From: Gemmatimonadota bacterium
Lineage (GTDB): Bacteria; JAAXHH01
DNA: 49,306 nt
NCBI GenBank assembly: GCA_026713285.1
Contig: JAPOOT010000231.1
Coordinates: 1 to 49,306 of the forward strand
Reading direction: 5' to 3'
Shown here one piece after another: positions 46,731-49,306 of this stretch; position 1 is the stretch's first letter; each line of letters starts with the position of its first letter. The notes below the pieces were generated by a model that made no database searches, was not told the DNA's origin, and saw nothing but the letters and a program-made list of their open reading frames with translations. A program made the position numbers and the translations under genes.

Positions 46731-46789
46731 GCTGTTCCGGGGCCGGCTGACTCTACACGCTCCGCGCACCCCCATCATTAGAAGTTCGA

Positions 46790-47479
46790 ATGGTCATTGA
46801 CGACCCGCGATACGTCATTCGTTCGCTCAATTCGAACCAGACCTACTGGGAACAGGGCGTGTATCCGGAATGGACCGCCCTGAACTGCTACCGGCATTTT
46901 CCGGACGGCGGGGTCGGGACTGGTGTCGAGCCCCACTACCACGACAACGACGAGATCTGGCTGTTCACAACGGGGCACGGTGAGGTCCGGCTGGACGGCG
47001 TCAGACACGAGATCACGCCTAACACCCTGGTCTACACGCCCATGGGTTGCGTGCACCAGTTCCAGATGTTCACGCCCTACGAGAACAACGCCATCGTGAC
47101 GCGGCTGGAACGGGCGGGCAGGCCGCTTCACCTGACCGTAGAAGAATACGGCCCGCCCGAGCCCACCGTGCCCGGATTCGTCGTTCCCGGCGAGTTGAAT
47201 ACCGGCCCCATTTCCGATCCAGGTCCGAGATGCCCCATCTCCGAATGGCGGTTGCAGGGATACGATGAGTTGAATAACCTTGGAGATACCGCAATGGACC
47301 GGCACGAGCACTGGATGGTACTGAACGGGGTCGTGCGAATGGCACTGGATGGACGGGACTTTTCGCTCGAACAGGGGGATATCGCGCTGCTCAGAGCGGG
47401 CGTCGCCCGCCGTATATCCGCGGCAGACCGAGGCGCCAGGGCGGTGGTCGTTCGGGAGCATCCGGGTAACGCGGACTAG
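46790..47479 (+). CDS. Cupin-domain protein (bicupin-like)
   Basis: Cupin motif 1 is GVEPHYHDNDEIWLFTTGHGEV, and the motif 2 region is TPMGCVHQF. A second, His-poor cupin-like half follows (HEHWMVLNGVVRMALDG). Confidence 0.65.
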   Translation: MVIDDPRYVIRSLNSNQTYWEQGVYPEWTALNCYRHFPDGGVGTGVEPHYHDNDEIWLFTTGHGEVRLDGVRHEITPNTLVYTPMGCVHQFQMFTPYENNAIVTRLERAGRPLHLTVEEYGPPEPTVPGFVVPGELNTGPISDPGPRCPISEWRLQGYDELNNLGDTAMDRHEHWMVLNGVVRMALDGRDFSLEQGDIALLRAGVARRISAADRGARAVVVREHPGNAD

Positions 47480-48477
47480 CCGTCGCCAACCGCCTGGTGG
47501 ATCTCGTCGAGCCAGACGACCATTTCGGCCGTGATGTCGTTGTGCGGTCCGGTCAGCCCCATCTCCGGCCAGGCCCATGCCCCGTCTGCCAGTTGGGCCC
47601 GGACCAGGTTGTCCCCCACCCTGACCGCCATGTCACGGTACTTTGCTTCCCCCGTGAGCGTGTAGAGCATCGCGCCGGCCCATCCGACCTTGCCTGCGCG
47701 CAGCAATTTGAAATGATAGTCCCCCACGTATTCGCAGAACCGAATATACTCCCTTGCGAGATCCAGCCATTCCTCCTCGCCCGTGGCCATGTAGAGGCGG
47801 CACAGGAAGCCCGCCGCGATGCCGGGGTGGTAGAAGGACTGGTCGCGCGACTCGTCCCGCGTCAGCACGTATCTGAAATCGTCGCCGTCCAGCACCTCGG
47901 TGATCAGGCCGCGCTCGCGGCTGTAGACCGTCCACAGTTCACGGGGGTAATCGGGCTGATCCTCCATCAGGCGACGCATCCAGCGGCCGATGCCCCTGGC
48001 CACGTCCAGCTTTCCGGTGTAAACGGCGCACCAGCCTATGCCGCTCACGACCCAGAGGTCCTGTTCGGTCGTATCGTCGCGCGCCGTCGGGTGGGAGTAG
48101 AAGCCGCCGCTGGCCGGGTCGCGGAATCCGAGGAGGAAGTCCATGCCGCGATGGGCCAGGTCGAAGGCGCCCAGGCGGTGGGCCGCCTTGATCACCCAGG
48201 CGTTGTGGTAGGTGTAATAGTAACTGTTGCGTTCCGCGGCGGGTCTCGGACCGAAATCACCGTCGGGTAGGAATCCGTGCTGCCTTATCCAGTTGAGCAG
48301 GCGGCTTGCCGCGCCGGTCATGCCGCAGACCATGAAAGCGGCCGGCACCTTGTAGTATTCGGTGACGCCGAGAATGAGGTTGCCGAACCCACCGTCCTCT
48401 CGAACCCGGCCGAGCAGGTATCTGCCGCCGCGGTCTCTCGCATCGCTGAACCGGCTCACGGGTACCTCGCTTTGCAC
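47476..48477 (-). CDS. Hypothetical alpha/alpha-toroid (prenyltransferase / six-hairpin-like) protein
   Basis: Recurrent ~45-aa aromatic/Gly-rich helical hairpins (DGGFG, SGGFY, WVVSGIGW, VGWAGAMLY, DGAW) suggest an alpha/alpha barrel. No catalytic motif recognised. The GTG start at 48477 is uncertain; 48459 is an alternative. Confidence 0.55.
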   Translation of the reverse strand: MQSEVPVSRFSDARDRGGRYLLGRVREDGGFGNLILGVTEYYKVPAAFMVCGMTGAASRLLNWIRQHGFLPDGDFGPRPAAERNSYYYTYHNAWVIKAAHRLGAFDLAHRGMDFLLGFRDPASGGFYSHPTARDDTTEQDLWVVSGIGWCAVYTGKLDVARGIGRWMRRLMEDQPDYPRELWTVYSRERGLITEVLDGDDFRYVLTRDESRDQSFYHPGIAAGFLCRLYMATGEEEWLDLAREYIRFCEYVGDYHFKLLRAGKVGWAGAMLYTLTGEAKYRDMAVRVGDNLVRAQLADGAWAWPEMGLTGPHNDITAEMVVWLDEIHQAVGDG

Positions 48478-48756
48478 GCTATTTTGGCATGGTCAATCTA
48501 ACGAAACAAGTAGGGTATAACATCGGAAGGTAAACACGATGGTAGTGTATGTTGAATGTTTTGGTGATTACATTGATAGTTAAACGCTGATTGGTAGTTC
48601 ATCGCCAGATAAGAATCGTAAACTAATTCTTTCATTTGAAGTAGAACTTGGTGGATTTGTTCTTGGCCTTATCGACTTAAACATCGACAAACTTTCCACT
48701 TCTGAAACTCCATTTATAGGAGATCGAAATGTTCCAGAAAAGCTGGAAGGTGTCAT

Positions 48757-48796
48757 AAAGGCAAAGCCCCGCTGCTGGGAGCGGGGCTTTGCCTTT
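48757..48796. terminator. Perfect 16-bp hairpin, intrinsic-terminator-like (bidirectional)
   Basis: AAAGGCAAAGCCCCGC (48757..48772), loop TGCTGGGA, then GCGGGGCTTTGCCTTT (48781..48796). It is followed by T-rich sequence on the + strand. It overlaps the stop codon of the minus-strand small ORF. Confidence 0.75.
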
Positions 48797-48959
48797 AGTT
48801 ATTGTTAGGTTTGGGAGGTGGTTTTAGAGCACTACCCACATTGGGGGGTTTAGGGTTTTTGGGGGCGTTCGGGTTAGGTTTCGGTCTGTATCCCCGAGTT
48901 TCTATGTTTCTGCGGTTTGGACCATACCCTTTGGGTGGTGGTTGGGATGTCTTAGACAT
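48795..48959 (-). CDS. Small Pro/Lys/Asn-rich protein (54 aa), hypothetical
   Basis: My own translation is MSKTSQPPPKGYGPNRRNIETRGYRPKPNPNAPKNPKPPNVGSALKPPPKPNNN. The ATG at 48959 lies inside the last codons of the upstream gene (AATGTCTAA) and is preceded by GGAGGA. The stop sits in the terminator stem. It is below the ORF-track size cut-off. Confidence 0.4.
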   Translation of the reverse strand: MSKTSQPPPKGYGPNRRNIETRGYRPKPNPNAPKNPKPPNVGSALKPPPKPNNN

Positions 48960-49306
48960 TTGAATCCTCCTCATTTCCTATCGGGATGAATTCTATGGAA
49001 GAAATCTCTCCACTCGAAATGTAAACACCTCGGTCTTGTTGGTTCCACTGATTTTGATCGTCTATCTCATATATTTCAGCTATGTAGATATCTTGATTTT
49101 CTATATCTGAAGAAATGAAACAATCAGAATTGAGTTTCCCACCAAACTGGTTTCCATTCTTCAATTTAACCAATACAAACTGTTCATCGGTATCTGAAAA
49201 ACAATCTTCCCAAGCTGTTGGAGTAGGATGTATCGGGTTTAGTTTTAGTTTTCTCATAATCCTGTAGACGAATTCTTTTCTTGATACCAAACCAGAAAAC
49301 AATCCA
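48952..49306 (-). CDS. Hypothetical protein, 5-prime-truncated by the window edge (small beta-barrel-like C-terminal domain)
   Basis: The track ORF 48952..49302 starts at a TTG and the frame stays open to the window end. The pattern HPTPTAWEDCF...FVLVKLKNGNQFGGKL...DIYIAEIYEID resembles an Sm/SH3-like barrel, possibly a DUF6338-type protein. That assignment is from memory only. Confidence 0.5.
   Translation of the reverse strand, partial: GLFSGLVSRKEFVYRIMRKLKLNPIHPTPTAWEDCFSDTDEQFVLVKLKNGNQFGGKLNSDCFISSDIENQDIYIAEIYEIDDQNQWNQQDRGVYISSGEISSIEFIPIGNEEDSNV

Larger units (their letters stand above)
48480..49306. other. AT-rich segment, compositionally foreign to the rest of the window
   Basis: GC drops abruptly at about 48480 and stays far lower (by eye) than in the preceding 48 kb to the window end. 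Codon usage of the two ORFs here is A/T-ending. Confidence 0.7.

Noticed and set aside
47476-47479. The cupin gene and the convergent toroid-protein gene share their stop codons in a palindromic CTAG.
   Set aside because: It is real in the sequence. It is a trivial consequence of convergent genes ending on TAG, and no hairpin or other structure accompanies it.

Overview
This is a 49.3-kb, gene-dense bacterial segment. GC looks well above 60% by eye, and it probably comes from an uncultured or metagenomic lineage. Shine-Dalgarno-like AAGGA/GGAG motifs precede many start codons. I can support about 46 protein-coding genes. I see no rRNA, tRNA, CRISPR array, transposase or integrase, and no recognisable transcription factor. 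Most genes encode catabolic or oxidative enzymes: two intact enolase-superfamily genes plus one remnant, two PhyH and one TauD dioxygenase, a sulfatase, GH32, an aldo/keto reductase, Gfo/Idh/MocA, SDR and Zn-ADH enzymes, two MBL hydrolases and adenosine deaminase. A 12-kb co-directional cluster holds an AspC-like aminotransferase, a three-domain RidA-like protein and a family-5 peptide-type ABC importer with two binding proteins. Six items deserve a second look. (1) An AhpD/CMD-family gene is interrupted only by an in-frame TGA exactly at the second Cys of its CxxCxxxH motif, with a hairpin just downstream, making it a candidate selenoprotein. (2) Two tandem paralogous lipoproteins carry an uninterrupted collagen-like Gly-X-Y stalk directly after the lipobox Cys, followed by a trypsin-like serine protease domain. 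(3) A single-chain triple RidA/YjgF-like protein sits next to a PLP enzyme. (4) A lower-GC single-gene island encodes a DUF262/DUF1524 (GmrSD-like) nuclease. (5) An abrupt switch to AT-rich DNA in the last ~0.8 kb carries a coupled gene pair and a perfect hairpin terminator. (6) Five unrelated intergenic tandem-repeat arrays are present, three of them with a ~17-bp period. All family calls come from reading motifs by eye; no searches were run.
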